From a virus (lineage: Duplodnaviria > Caudoviricetes), in the IMG/VR virus record IMGVR_UViG_3300010429_002210, positions 2,308-66,307 of that record: a DNA stretch of 64,000 nucleotides, one strand, 5' to 3'. Both the position numbers and the translations under genes were made by a program. The notes under the pieces are model-generated. The model searched no databases. It was not told the origin of the DNA and saw only the letters and a program-made list of their open reading frames with translations. Numbering within the stretch: position 1 is the stretch's first letter; each line of letters begins with the position of its first letter. Shown here one piece after another: positions 26,673 to 35,251 of the stretch.

Positions 26673-27404
26673 ATGACGGACAGAACCAAGCTTCTCGCGG
26701 CAATCAAGGCTGTCAACGACAGCGGACTCGCAACCAAGAAGGCCCGAACGGTGGGCAAGGTGGAATTGCTGGTCGAAGACTTCCTCTCCACCGTCGAAAC
26801 GGTCCCCCAGGACAAGGAGAACCAGCTCCCGGCCGAGGTCGTCGATCTGTTCAACACGCTCATCGACAAGCTGGCCGAGCAGAGCGTCCAGCCGGCATCG
26901 GAGGCACCGACACCCGCACCGGTTCAGGAACCCGTCGTCACGGCAGCGTCCGAAGCCGCAGCACCTGCAGCTCCCACCAAGGCGAGAAAAGCTGCGAAGC
27001 CCAAACGCGCGACGGAGGCACAGGCAGAAGCACCGGCAGCACCTGTCACGGAGATGCCCGCTCCGGCCCCCGCAGCGCAGGCGGAACCCGCAGTAGCCGA
27101 CACGGCCGACATCGACACCGGGGTGGGCCTCCACAAGCTCATCGACAAGCTGACCGCCCGAGGCGACAATCGCACGACATACGTGGTGGACAAGATGCTC
27201 GTCGCGGGTGCCTCCAAGGAGGAGATGGCAGACGTCGCGAAGCGCACCGCCATTGCCCTCGGCCAGGTCCAGTACCAGCGCGGTGTGGGTGACATCACGG
27301 TCCACATCAATTCCAGGACCAAGAGCGGCTGGGTCATCGGTGAGACTCCCGATGGCAAGTTCAAGATCATCGGGGTTCGGAAGGGAGCCGAGGTTTCGGA
27401 ATGA
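26673..27404 (+). CDS. two-domain protein with Ala/Pro-rich linker
   Basis: AAGGAGG SD; about 70-aa A/P/E-rich spacer between globular ends. Confidence 0.75.
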   Translation: MTDRTKLLAAIKAVNDSGLATKKARTVGKVELLVEDFLSTVETVPQDKENQLPAEVVDLFNTLIDKLAEQSVQPASEAPTPAPVQEPVVTAASEAAAPAAPTKARKAAKPKRATEAQAEAPAAPVTEMPAPAPAAQAEPAVADTADIDTGVGLHKLIDKLTARGDNRTTYVVDKMLVAGASKEEMADVAKRTAIALGQVQYQRGVGDITVHINSRTKSGWVIGETPDGKFKIIGVRKGAEVSE

Positions 27405-28002
27405 ACGAAGAGCGAACCAGACAACTGATTCACTCTATGCTGACTGAGGGGTTGGGGTTGGATCTTTCCGACCCAACCTCACTGATACCCCCAACCTCAC
27501 TGATACCCCCCGGCGCATCGCGAAGATGTACTGCCGGGAGATCTTTCAGAACGTCGGCAAAGAGTTTGACCCAACGGAGTTGCGCGTCTTTCCCAATGAG
27601 CGCAATTATGACCAAATCATCATGTCGGACGCCATCTTTTTCGCGTCCACTTGCTCCCATCATTTCTTGCCATTCACGGGACGCGCGTGGATTCTCTACA
27701 TCCCGAGCATGAACATGGTGGGGCTTTCAAAACTCACCCGCCTGGTGGAGTTCTACTCACGACGACCCCAGTTGCAAGAAGCGCTCTGTCACGACATCAT
27801 CAACACGTTCGACAGGTACCTGGTTCCGAAGGGTGCCATGGTCGTTCTCCGTGCGGAGCACGGCTGTATGAAATGCCGTGGGGTCTGTCAGCACAACGGG
27901 GCAGGGATGATTACTTCGGCCATTTCGGGGTGCTTCACGGAGGACTCAATCAAACGCGAAGGCCTTGACCTGATAAAGATTTCTCTCTTAGACCGTGGGT
28001 AA
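27401..28002 (+). pseudogene. folE: GTP cyclohydrolase I, frameshifted as assembled
   Basis: CSHHFLPF, VGLSKL.R, RRPQLQE and EHGCMKCRGV in the downstream frame; the N-terminus is in another frame because of an 18-bp tandem duplication (27473-27508) plus one missing C. Confidence 0.85.
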
Positions 28003-28006
28003 GTCA

Positions 28007-28300
28007 ATGCCAGAAAAGAAGATCTACGCCGTCGATTTGGACGGCACCCTTTGCACTGAGGGAAAGGAGTGGTGGCGATACGCTTGCGCCAAACCACTCC
28101 CTGGGAGTGTCAAAAAGATCAACCGTCTCAAGCGCTTAGGCCACACGGTGATTTTCTACACCGCACGTTTCGAGGAGGATCGTAACGTGACAGAGGCCTG
28201 GCTTCAAAAGTATCGGGTGCAGTACGACGCGATTGTCTTCGGCAAACTCCGTGCTGATTTCTATGTAGACAACAACTCACTTCGGATGGAGGACTTGTAA
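28007..28300 (+). CDS. HAD-superfamily phosphatase (small capless type)
   Basis: AVDLDGT, FYTAR, K..ADFYVDN. Confidence 0.8.
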   Translation: MPEKKIYAVDLDGTLCTEGKEWWRYACAKPLPGSVKKINRLKRLGHTVIFYTARFEEDRNVTEAWLQKYRVQYDAIVFGKLRADFYVDNNSLRMEDL

Positions 28301-28857
28301 TGGACAGCAGCAAGGTAAATCTGTGGAAAAGTGTTCCTGGGTGGCTTACTGATGCCGAAGCGCACATCCTGCAGGTGCTCGCCTACAACAAGGTGTGCTT
28401 GGAAATAGGTTCATACCTGGGCAAGTCCACCGTCTGCATGGCCGCTGTGGCAAAGAAAGTGGTTGCTATCGAACCACACAACAGCGGGACGGATGGTCAA
28501 AAAGTTCTGGGTGGCTTCACCACGCTGTTTCAATACGCCAACCACGTAGAACCCTTCTCGAACATCACCTCCATCATTGGCATCTCAGATGATGTTCTCC
28601 CCCTTCTCGCGAAGAGGTCCTTCGATTTCATCTTCATCGATGGTCTTCACACGTACGAGCAGGTGACGAAGGATTACCTCAATTCCATCGAGCTTCTGGG
28701 AGGGCATGACGTTGCGATTGCCTTTCATGACTATGAAACGCCGTATTACGACGGCATCAAGAAATTCGTGAAGGAGCTTCCACATTTCGACACCGGTGTG
28801 GTTGTGGATAGTCTGATCTATTTCCACTACCAGGGGGTCGATCCATGCAAACGCTGA
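28300..28857 (+). CDS. class I SAM-dependent methyltransferase (Methyltransf_24-like)
   Basis: LEIGSYLGKST, FIFIDGLHTYE, IAFHDY. Confidence 0.85.
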   Translation: MDSSKVNLWKSVPGWLTDAEAHILQVLAYNKVCLEIGSYLGKSTVCMAAVAKKVVAIEPHNSGTDGQKVLGGFTTLFQYANHVEPFSNITSIIGISDDVLPLLAKRSFDFIFIDGLHTYEQVTKDYLNSIELLGGHDVAIAFHDYETPYYDGIKKFVKELPHFDTGVVVDSLIYFHYQGVDPCKR

Positions 28858-29744
28858 AAAGCCTCCAGGTTTTAATCATCGACGTGTGCAACTATGCCTG
28901 TGCCATGTGCAACATCTGGCAAAACAAGCGGGCAAACATGCTGGAAGTTCGTGACCTTTCCCGGTTGCCTCATGGGCTTGAGTTCCTCTCCATCAACGGG
29001 GGGGAAACCACGCTGCACCCGAGGCTCCCGGGCATTGTTTCGTATGTGCATGACATCTTACAGCCAAAGATGTTACTGCTTTGCTCCAACGGTTCGAATC
29101 CCAGGCGCTTAGCACAAGCTATTGAACTGTTCGAGGACGTAGCGGTTTCGTTGAGCTTCGATGGCTTGCAGAGTCATGATAAGATCCGTGGAAAACGGGG
29201 TGCTCTTAACACGCTTATGCAGAGCATGAACACGTTGCATGACCATCCAGGCAGGAAGATCCTCAGTTTTACTTGCCTGGACACAAACAAGAGAGAAATA
29301 CGGGAGGCTTTCGAGTTCGCGACAACATTCGGGTGGGAGTTTGACTTCCGCCTGGTCGACCAGAACGAACTGTACGGAAAGAGCCCGTTGGAAATAGACG
29401 ACCATCTTCTTGAGGACCTCCGATGGCTGCAAGAGAACGAACCTGACGGCGCGAAGAAACTCTTCTATCAGGGGTACTTTGAAAAACCCGTTTTTGACTG
29501 CCAGGCAGGAAAGCGGTTCGCGTATCTCCTTCCAGACAAACAGTTCTATGCGTGTCTATCACGCAAAGAGCCCATCGGTAACCTCGAAACGGGGATTACG
29601 AAACCCACAGAGTGCAGCTGCGGTTGCTGGGTCGATTGCTACTTTTACGACAACTTTCACGACAAGCTCGGGGACGTCAACTGTATCGATACCAAACACA
29701 AGAAAGGAGAGTTAGATGCGCCCTTTAATCCAAACTTCCGATAA
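28845..29744 (+). CDS. radical SAM enzyme with SPASM/twitch-like C-terminus
   Basis: CNYACAMC, INGGE, SFDG; C-terminal CQAG...C...CSCGCWVDC. Confidence 0.85.
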   Translation: MQTLKSLQVLIIDVCNYACAMCNIWQNKRANMLEVRDLSRLPHGLEFLSINGGETTLHPRLPGIVSYVHDILQPKMLLLCSNGSNPRRLAQAIELFEDVAVSLSFDGLQSHDKIRGKRGALNTLMQSMNTLHDHPGRKILSFTCLDTNKREIREAFEFATTFGWEFDFRLVDQNELYGKSPLEIDDHLLEDLRWLQENEPDGAKKLFYQGYFEKPVFDCQAGKRFAYLLPDKQFYACLSRKEPIGNLETGITKPTECSCGCWVDCYFYDNFHDKLGDVNCIDTKHKKGELDAPFNPNFR

Positions 29745-30429
29745 CATGGTCCTTCTGTACAGCGGCGGGCTGGATTCGTACATTGCCTGGGAATGGCTGA
29801 AACGGCCCAAGACAATCTATGGCGCCCTCTCCCATCGGTATCAAGACTTTGAACTTCGTGCGGTGCGCGAAACCATCCCGAGCACGGTTATCGACGACTC
29901 CTTGTTCCTCAAATACTGGGAGGAGGATGATGCAAACATTCCCATGCGAAACGCCCTCCTGCTCATGTCCGCAGCGCAGCGGTTCAAGGAGTTGAACCCG
30001 TTGGACCTTGTTCTCGTTGTTCAGCGTGGTGAAATGACCATCCCGGACAGGACGGAGACGTTTTTCAACACCATGGGCACCCTTCTTTCCACACTCAACA
30101 AACGGATGATCTGGGTAACGTCCCCGTTCTTTCATCTGACCAAGACGCAGATGGTGGAATGGTACGTGAAAACCGGGTTTTCCATTCCGGCACTTCTCAG
30201 CACCAGGAGCTGCTTCAACGGGTCAGAATACAAACCTTGCGGGGCCTGCAGTGCGTGCTTCCGAAGGTGGGTAGCGTTCACGAACAATGGCATCACCGAA
30301 GAGTACGTCAACGATATTCGGCGGTGGTCGGGAATCCCCCCGTACATCAAAAAGATGCTTGCGGGTGAGTATGATGAACTCCGTACGAAGGAGACCATAT
30401 CTGCCTTGGCGTACCACAAAATAATCTGA
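29716..30429 (+). CDS. queC: 7-cyano-7-deazaguanine synthase-like (stand-alone)
   Basis: LLYSGGLDS, IPMRN, TKTQMV, TRSCF, CGACSACFRR. Confidence 0.85.
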   Translation: MRPLIQTSDNMVLLYSGGLDSYIAWEWLKRPKTIYGALSHRYQDFELRAVRETIPSTVIDDSLFLKYWEEDDANIPMRNALLLMSAAQRFKELNPLDLVLVVQRGEMTIPDRTETFFNTMGTLLSTLNKRMIWVTSPFFHLTKTQMVEWYVKTGFSIPALLSTRSCFNGSEYKPCGACSACFRRWVAFTNNGITEEYVNDIRRWSGIPPYIKKMLAGEYDELRTKETISALAYHKII

Positions 30430-30443
30430 GAAAAAATTCCTAC

Positions 30444-30466
30444 AAAATCCCAAAGGTGTGTATATT
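30444..30466 (+). promoter_or_regulatory. conserved phage promoter motif (variant)
   Basis: AAAATCCCAAAGGTGTGTATATT. Confidence 0.65.
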
Positions 30467-30491
30467 GAAAATGTGAATGGGAGGTCTTTCA

Positions 30492-31391
30492 ATGTTCATC
30501 AAGGCCGAAGTTCTTCTAACCCGAAAGTGCTCTATCGGGTGTTCCTACTGCAAAATGCGAAGAGATGATAACTTTCAGATGCCCATCGAGGAGTGGGACA
30601 AGGTCCTTCGCACACTCAGGGATTGGGATGTCAAATTTTTGGCAATCTACGGTGCCGAGCCCACAGAGTACCCCGACTTCATCCCCTTTATGCGCCTGGT
30701 GAAAAAGTATGGTTGGGGCAAAGCCAACTCAGTCATTACCGCAGGGCACCATCCTCAGATTCTCGAGCGCGCCTTCAATGAAGGCCTCATCGATTCGTTG
30801 ACCGTTTCGTGGGACTTCAACCGAACAGGGAAAGACAACCTCGCTGAGCGTATCTGTGAGCGGTTCTTCGACCGCGTTTCCGACCTGGAACTTTCCGCAA
30901 CGATTTTTCCTGACACAGACACGCTTGATATTGACGTTCTGGCGATGAAGGCATTCTTGTACGATGCCTGGATTTCGTTTGACCTCGAGCACCGTGACCC
31001 GTTCAATCATGAATGGTCGAAGGTTCCGCATGGAGAAAAACGTGTGGCGGAAAACGACGCTGTGGTTCAACACCTGATTCGTTTGTCTCTTGACCACAAA
31101 GTCAAGGTGCATCAGACAGTCAAATCCATGGCGAACTGTCTCACGGATTTCCCCCTGTGGAGGTGCTCATACCCATATTTCCTCACGGTGAATTGTGATG
31201 GGGTACCGATGGTCTGTGACGACTACGGTTACCTCGGGAAGAAGCTGTATGAGTTCACTGAGGAAGAATTCCGGGTATGTTGGAGCAAGGTTGCACCCCA
31301 ATGTCCTGGGTGCAAATGGACAACCCACTACATGTCCGAGGAGATGTTCAACGGCAAAGGGGTTGAGCATTTCGTCCATGGGAGGAAGTGA
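30492..31391 (+). CDS. radical SAM enzyme
   Basis: CSIGCSYC, YGAEP; C-terminal Cys residues. Confidence 0.85.
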   Translation: MFIKAEVLLTRKCSIGCSYCKMRRDDNFQMPIEEWDKVLRTLRDWDVKFLAIYGAEPTEYPDFIPFMRLVKKYGWGKANSVITAGHHPQILERAFNEGLIDSLTVSWDFNRTGKDNLAERICERFFDRVSDLELSATIFPDTDTLDIDVLAMKAFLYDAWISFDLEHRDPFNHEWSKVPHGEKRVAENDAVVQHLIRLSLDHKVKVHQTVKSMANCLTDFPLWRCSYPYFLTVNCDGVPMVCDDYGYLGKKLYEFTEEEFRVCWSKVAPQCPGCKWTTHYMSEEMFNGKGVEHFVHGRK

Positions 31392-31627
31392 TGGGCCGAG
31401 GTTTCAAATTCAACACGAAGCTGGGGCGACTTTGCACGAGCATCGTAACGGGAATGGGTGTTCTCGCTCTGCGCTTTGCAAGGGCCTGTTTCCGATGGTC
31501 ACTCGGTCGTTGTTCCTGGTGTGGTGGTAACCCTGGGATGTCGTCAACCATCAGTCAACGTGGCCTCCGTTGTGAAACATTAGAACGGAGCTGCAGTCGT
31601 CTCCCGTATTAAAGAAAGGAAAAGATT

Positions 31628-32977
31628 ATGTGCGGGATTTTTGGGGCCGTTGCCCTGCCAGGTCATTACGGTGCGGCTGACAAGCACCTCACGCATCTTC
31701 TTGAAACGTCAAAACTACGTGGGCGTGACGGCTCCGGGTACGAGATGTTCGAATGGGGATTCATTGGAGCGTCCAGGGCCAGACCGCTTCCCGAAGGTAC
31801 CACGTTCACGTACCCCCACAAATTCAAAGACATGAGCATCGTGTTCAACGGTACGCTCAGTAACGCCGACGAGATCGCCTGTGAAGAGGAAATCTCAATG
31901 ACCGTTGACACCCAAGTCATCGGTCCCATGGTGACGAAATATGGCTCTATAGGCGCTGCAGAGAGGTTTGTAGGGGGTTTTGCCATCATTATCGGACAGG
32001 AGGAAAAGGGCCTCACGATCATTCGGAACTTCAAGACGCTCTACTACGTCCGCCTTGAGGATTGCATCCTGATCGCATCCGAGAAAGAGTTCTTGGAACC
32101 CCTTGGTGGCGGTCTCATGAGTGGGCAAGAGCCAATGTCCTTTCCCAGGAACCATGTGGTAAAGATCGGCCCTGACGGGAACATCCGCTCACGCCCGTTC
32201 AAACCGTCTATCTGGGGTGGGTGTGAGCTGGACGAGAATAAAGCAATCATCGTGGCCTCCGGCGGGATTGACAGTGCAACCGCCGCAGCCGTGGCGAAGA
32301 ACATGCACGGTAAAGACGTGATGATGCTCAACTTTGATTACGGTCAGCGCTCTGCCGTCCGGGAGTGGCAAGCAGTGAAAGACGTAGCAAAGGCCCTGGG
32401 GGTAGCGGCGGAGCACATCAAGGTTGACTTCACGAAGGTCTACTCCGGTTCACCTCTCACCGACCGGTCGATGGAACTACCTCTCGGAAAGAAATCAGTG
32501 GAAAGCACACTCTGCTGGGTCCCCGCACGAAACTTCTCCATGTTGTCCATTGCCGCTTCGATGGCGGAGGCTCGTGGTTACAAATGGCTATACTTTGGAA
32601 ACAACATGGAAGAGGAAGCAACGGGGTACTCTGACAACGACCTTGAGTTCGTGGTGCGTATGAACGCTGTGCTGGAGTACGGAACGCTCCGAAGCGTGAA
32701 GATCAAACGGGCACTCGCGCGCCTGATGAAGATTGAAATCATCGCGCTGGGCACAATGCTCGGTGTCCCGTTCGACAAGACGTGGTCTTGTGACGAGGGG
32801 TTTGAACAGCCCTGTGGTATCTGTGGCTGTTGCACAACGCGCAGGCACGCTTTCGTGGAGGCGGGTATTCCCGACGAACAGGAGTACCTGCACCCGTTGA
32901 AAGATGAATACTTCTCTGGCAACCCTGTAAAACCAACATTCAGTTTGGCAACACTTTCCTCCCTTGTAGGAGATTGA
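31628..32977 (+). CDS. Gat-QueC fusion (class II glutamine amidotransferase + QueC)
   Basis: N-terminal MCGIFG, RGRDGSG, VFNG; then ASGGIDS, FDYGQR, VPARN, TWSC, CGICGCC. Confidence 0.9.
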   Translation: MCGIFGAVALPGHYGAADKHLTHLLETSKLRGRDGSGYEMFEWGFIGASRARPLPEGTTFTYPHKFKDMSIVFNGTLSNADEIACEEEISMTVDTQVIGPMVTKYGSIGAAERFVGGFAIIIGQEEKGLTIIRNFKTLYYVRLEDCILIASEKEFLEPLGGGLMSGQEPMSFPRNHVVKIGPDGNIRSRPFKPSIWGGCELDENKAIIVASGGIDSATAAAVAKNMHGKDVMMLNFDYGQRSAVREWQAVKDVAKALGVAAEHIKVDFTKVYSGSPLTDRSMELPLGKKSVESTLCWVPARNFSMLSIAASMAEARGYKWLYFGNNMEEEATGYSDNDLEFVVRMNAVLEYGTLRSVKIKRALARLMKIEIIALGTMLGVPFDKTWSCDEGFEQPCGICGCCTTRRHAFVEAGIPDEQEYLHPLKDEYFSGNPVKPTFSLATLSSLVGD

Positions 32978-32978
32978 C

Positions 32979-33914
32979 ATGCTGGATATAGATTTCTTTT
33001 TGGACTCCGGTGCTTACTCCGCCATGACATGTGGGGTGACCATCAACATTGATGAGTACATTGCGTTCATTCGTGAAAACGAAGAGAAGCTCACCATGTA
33101 TGCCAACCTTGACGTGATTGGTAATGAGGAAGCCAGCTTCCGAAATTGGCAGTACATGCGTGAGCAGGGACTGAAACCCGTCCCCGTTTTTCACATTGGA
33201 TCGGACCCAAAGTTCCTCAAGCATTACATGTCCAAGGTGGATTACATAGCGGTGGGTGGCGTCGCCGATATGACCCCGGAGCAGATGCTCGACAACCTGG
33301 ATCGCCTGTGGTCGTTGTACCTCACAGATTCCCATGGCGTTCCCAATATCAAGATCCATGGGTTTGGTATCACGTCCATGCGCTTGTTGAACCGCTATCC
33401 GTGGTACTCAGTTGACAGCACAACGTGGCTTCGCCAAGCCATGTATGGTTCGATCATGGCCCCACGATGGCGTGGTGGCAAGTACATCTACACAGAGGCA
33501 CCACTCATCGTTTACATTTCCAACGAGTCCCCCCGTAGGGGTGTCCCTGGTAAGCACCTGACAACGTACAATCCCACCGACCTTGAACAGATCATGCAGT
33601 ACATCAACGAGAATCAGATTCCCATCGGGCTGTCTGATTTCAAAATCGTTGACAAAAGTTACAAACTCCAAGACGGGGAGCAATGGGCACTCTCCGACAA
33701 CGTCTTGGACATCCATTCCAAGAAGGAACTAAACACCGAGGGCACGTCCAAGCGGATTGTTGAAATCGTTGTGGAACGGGGTGTTTGCAACAGTCATGCT
33801 GAAAGGGCACGCTGGAATGCCCTGTTCTTTTTAGGGGCAGAGGCAAACGCACCCCCATGGCCCTGGCCTTTCAAGTACAAACGACCGGTTTTCGGACTGA
33901 GGGACCGTGCATGA
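32979..33914 (+). CDS. dpdA: DpdA-like DNA 7-deazaguanine transglycosylase (TGT fold)
   Basis: FLDSGAYS, NLDVIG, PVFH, AVGG, IHGFG, SVDSTTW; no TGT Zn motif; directly follows Gat-QueC. Confidence 0.75.
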   Translation: MLDIDFFLDSGAYSAMTCGVTINIDEYIAFIRENEEKLTMYANLDVIGNEEASFRNWQYMREQGLKPVPVFHIGSDPKFLKHYMSKVDYIAVGGVADMTPEQMLDNLDRLWSLYLTDSHGVPNIKIHGFGITSMRLLNRYPWYSVDSTTWLRQAMYGSIMAPRWRGGKYIYTEAPLIVYISNESPRRGVPGKHLTTYNPTDLEQIMQYINENQIPIGLSDFKIVDKSYKLQDGEQWALSDNVLDIHSKKELNTEGTSKRIVEIVVERGVCNSHAERARWNALFFLGAEANAPPWPWPFKYKRPVFGLRDRA

Positions 33915-34041
33915 AAACCTGTGCTAATTGTGACCATTACGGGCCGCTTGCTAATTGGTGTTACTTATATCAAAAGGAACCTGTCGATCCAAAAAAGGAG
34001 ACACAGTGTCCAAGTCATAATCCACGACCGGAGAAAGGGAA

Positions 34042-34263
34042 ATGAAACTTTACTTTGCTGGTGGTTCCAAATCAGGGTACCTCCCAGCCCTTATCACCAC
34101 AGGGGCAAAACATTGGTTGTCTTCCTTTCACGGGATAGACAAAAGTGTCCTGGAGGGAAGCGAGGAGTACAGGCTGAAAAATTCAAACGACGGTCCGAAG
34201 GAGAGACAGAATGCCAGTACAGCTCAATCGTCAGGGCTTAATCGACGTCGTCAACGTCGTTAA
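34042..34263 (+). CDS. small protein resembling the N-terminal segment of DpdA/TGT-like proteins
   Basis: MKLYFAG...WLSSFH; family resemblance is recalled, not searched. Confidence 0.45.
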   Translation: MKLYFAGGSKSGYLPALITTGAKHWLSSFHGIDKSVLEGSEEYRLKNSNDGPKERQNASTAQSSGLNRRRQRR

Positions 34264-35251
34264 AAACGGAATCTCAAAAACGCCCATCTCTGAACAACTG
34301 ACGCACGTCTTTTTCTTGAACAACCATGTGGGGTGTTTCAGTGGTGAGCGGTTTATCGTACGTGAGTTTCCCACCGGACTCACCTTTTCAGTTCCCGTTG
34401 CGGCAATCCTCCCCGTGCTTGAGCGCATGGACGGCGAGGTGGTGCATGTTTCGTTCGATGGAAACACGGTGAAGCTCACCTCCAGGAGGAGTCGCTCAGG
34501 ACTGACAATCAACTTGGATGTGTCCGTGATGGATCCTGTCCTTCAACAGGTTAACTCATCCGGAGTCTTTCAGATGCTCCCACCGATCTTTTTCCAAGGG
34601 TTGGAGTTCTGCAAATTTTCCGCGTCGGAGGACATCACTCAGGGAATCTTGAGTTGTGTCTGCACACGCGAGGGCGTGATGTACTCCTCGGATGACTTGC
34701 GAATCACCCGTTATAATCTCATTTCGGGCAACGATTCCGTTGACTTTCAACTGAACATTCAAGTGTTCGATGCTGAAATACTGTTGAAGAACAAACCCCT
34801 GGGCGTACGAAGTAACGGAAACTGGACAATCTTTTCAACTGATCCACAGAACGGACCGTTAACGATTATAGGAATCACGCCATTCGATGGTGAGTTCCCC
34901 AATGTAGATGACTTCTTCACAATGGAGGGGGCGGAGATCAGTTTCCCTGAAAGTCTCCCCACGGTTGTTGCTGAGGTGTCCCATTTCTGCGACGGGATGT
35001 TCACGGTGGACAAAAAACTAAAGCTGCAAATCACCAACGAAAAGGTGATCTGCAGGGCTGAGAACCAGCGAACATGGTTTGAGAAGGAGATTGCCCACGC
35101 GCAACCTCTGGACAGGGAAATCAATATCGTCATCAATCCCCTGTTCTTCGAACAAATCCTGCAGAAAACCAAATCGGCCGTAGTTGGTGAAGACCGTGTC
35201 TTCTTTACGTCAGACGACTTCGAACATGTTCTTGCTCTTCCTGGTGTGTGA
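34211..35251 (+). CDS. DNA sliding clamp (DnaN/beta-like)
   Basis: 346 aa; SD...IT.Y, GEFPNV..FF and INP.FF..IL patterns typical of beta clamps; next to the polymerase. Confidence 0.7.
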   Translation: MPVQLNRQGLIDVVNVVKNGISKTPISEQLTHVFFLNNHVGCFSGERFIVREFPTGLTFSVPVAAILPVLERMDGEVVHVSFDGNTVKLTSRRSRSGLTINLDVSVMDPVLQQVNSSGVFQMLPPIFFQGLEFCKFSASEDITQGILSCVCTREGVMYSSDDLRITRYNLISGNDSVDFQLNIQVFDAEILLKNKPLGVRSNGNWTIFSTDPQNGPLTIIGITPFDGEFPNVDDFFTMEGAEISFPESLPTVVAEVSHFCDGMFTVDKKLKLQITNEKVICRAENQRTWFEKEIAHAQPLDREINIVINPLFFEQILQKTKSAVVGEDRVFFTSDDFEHVLALPGV

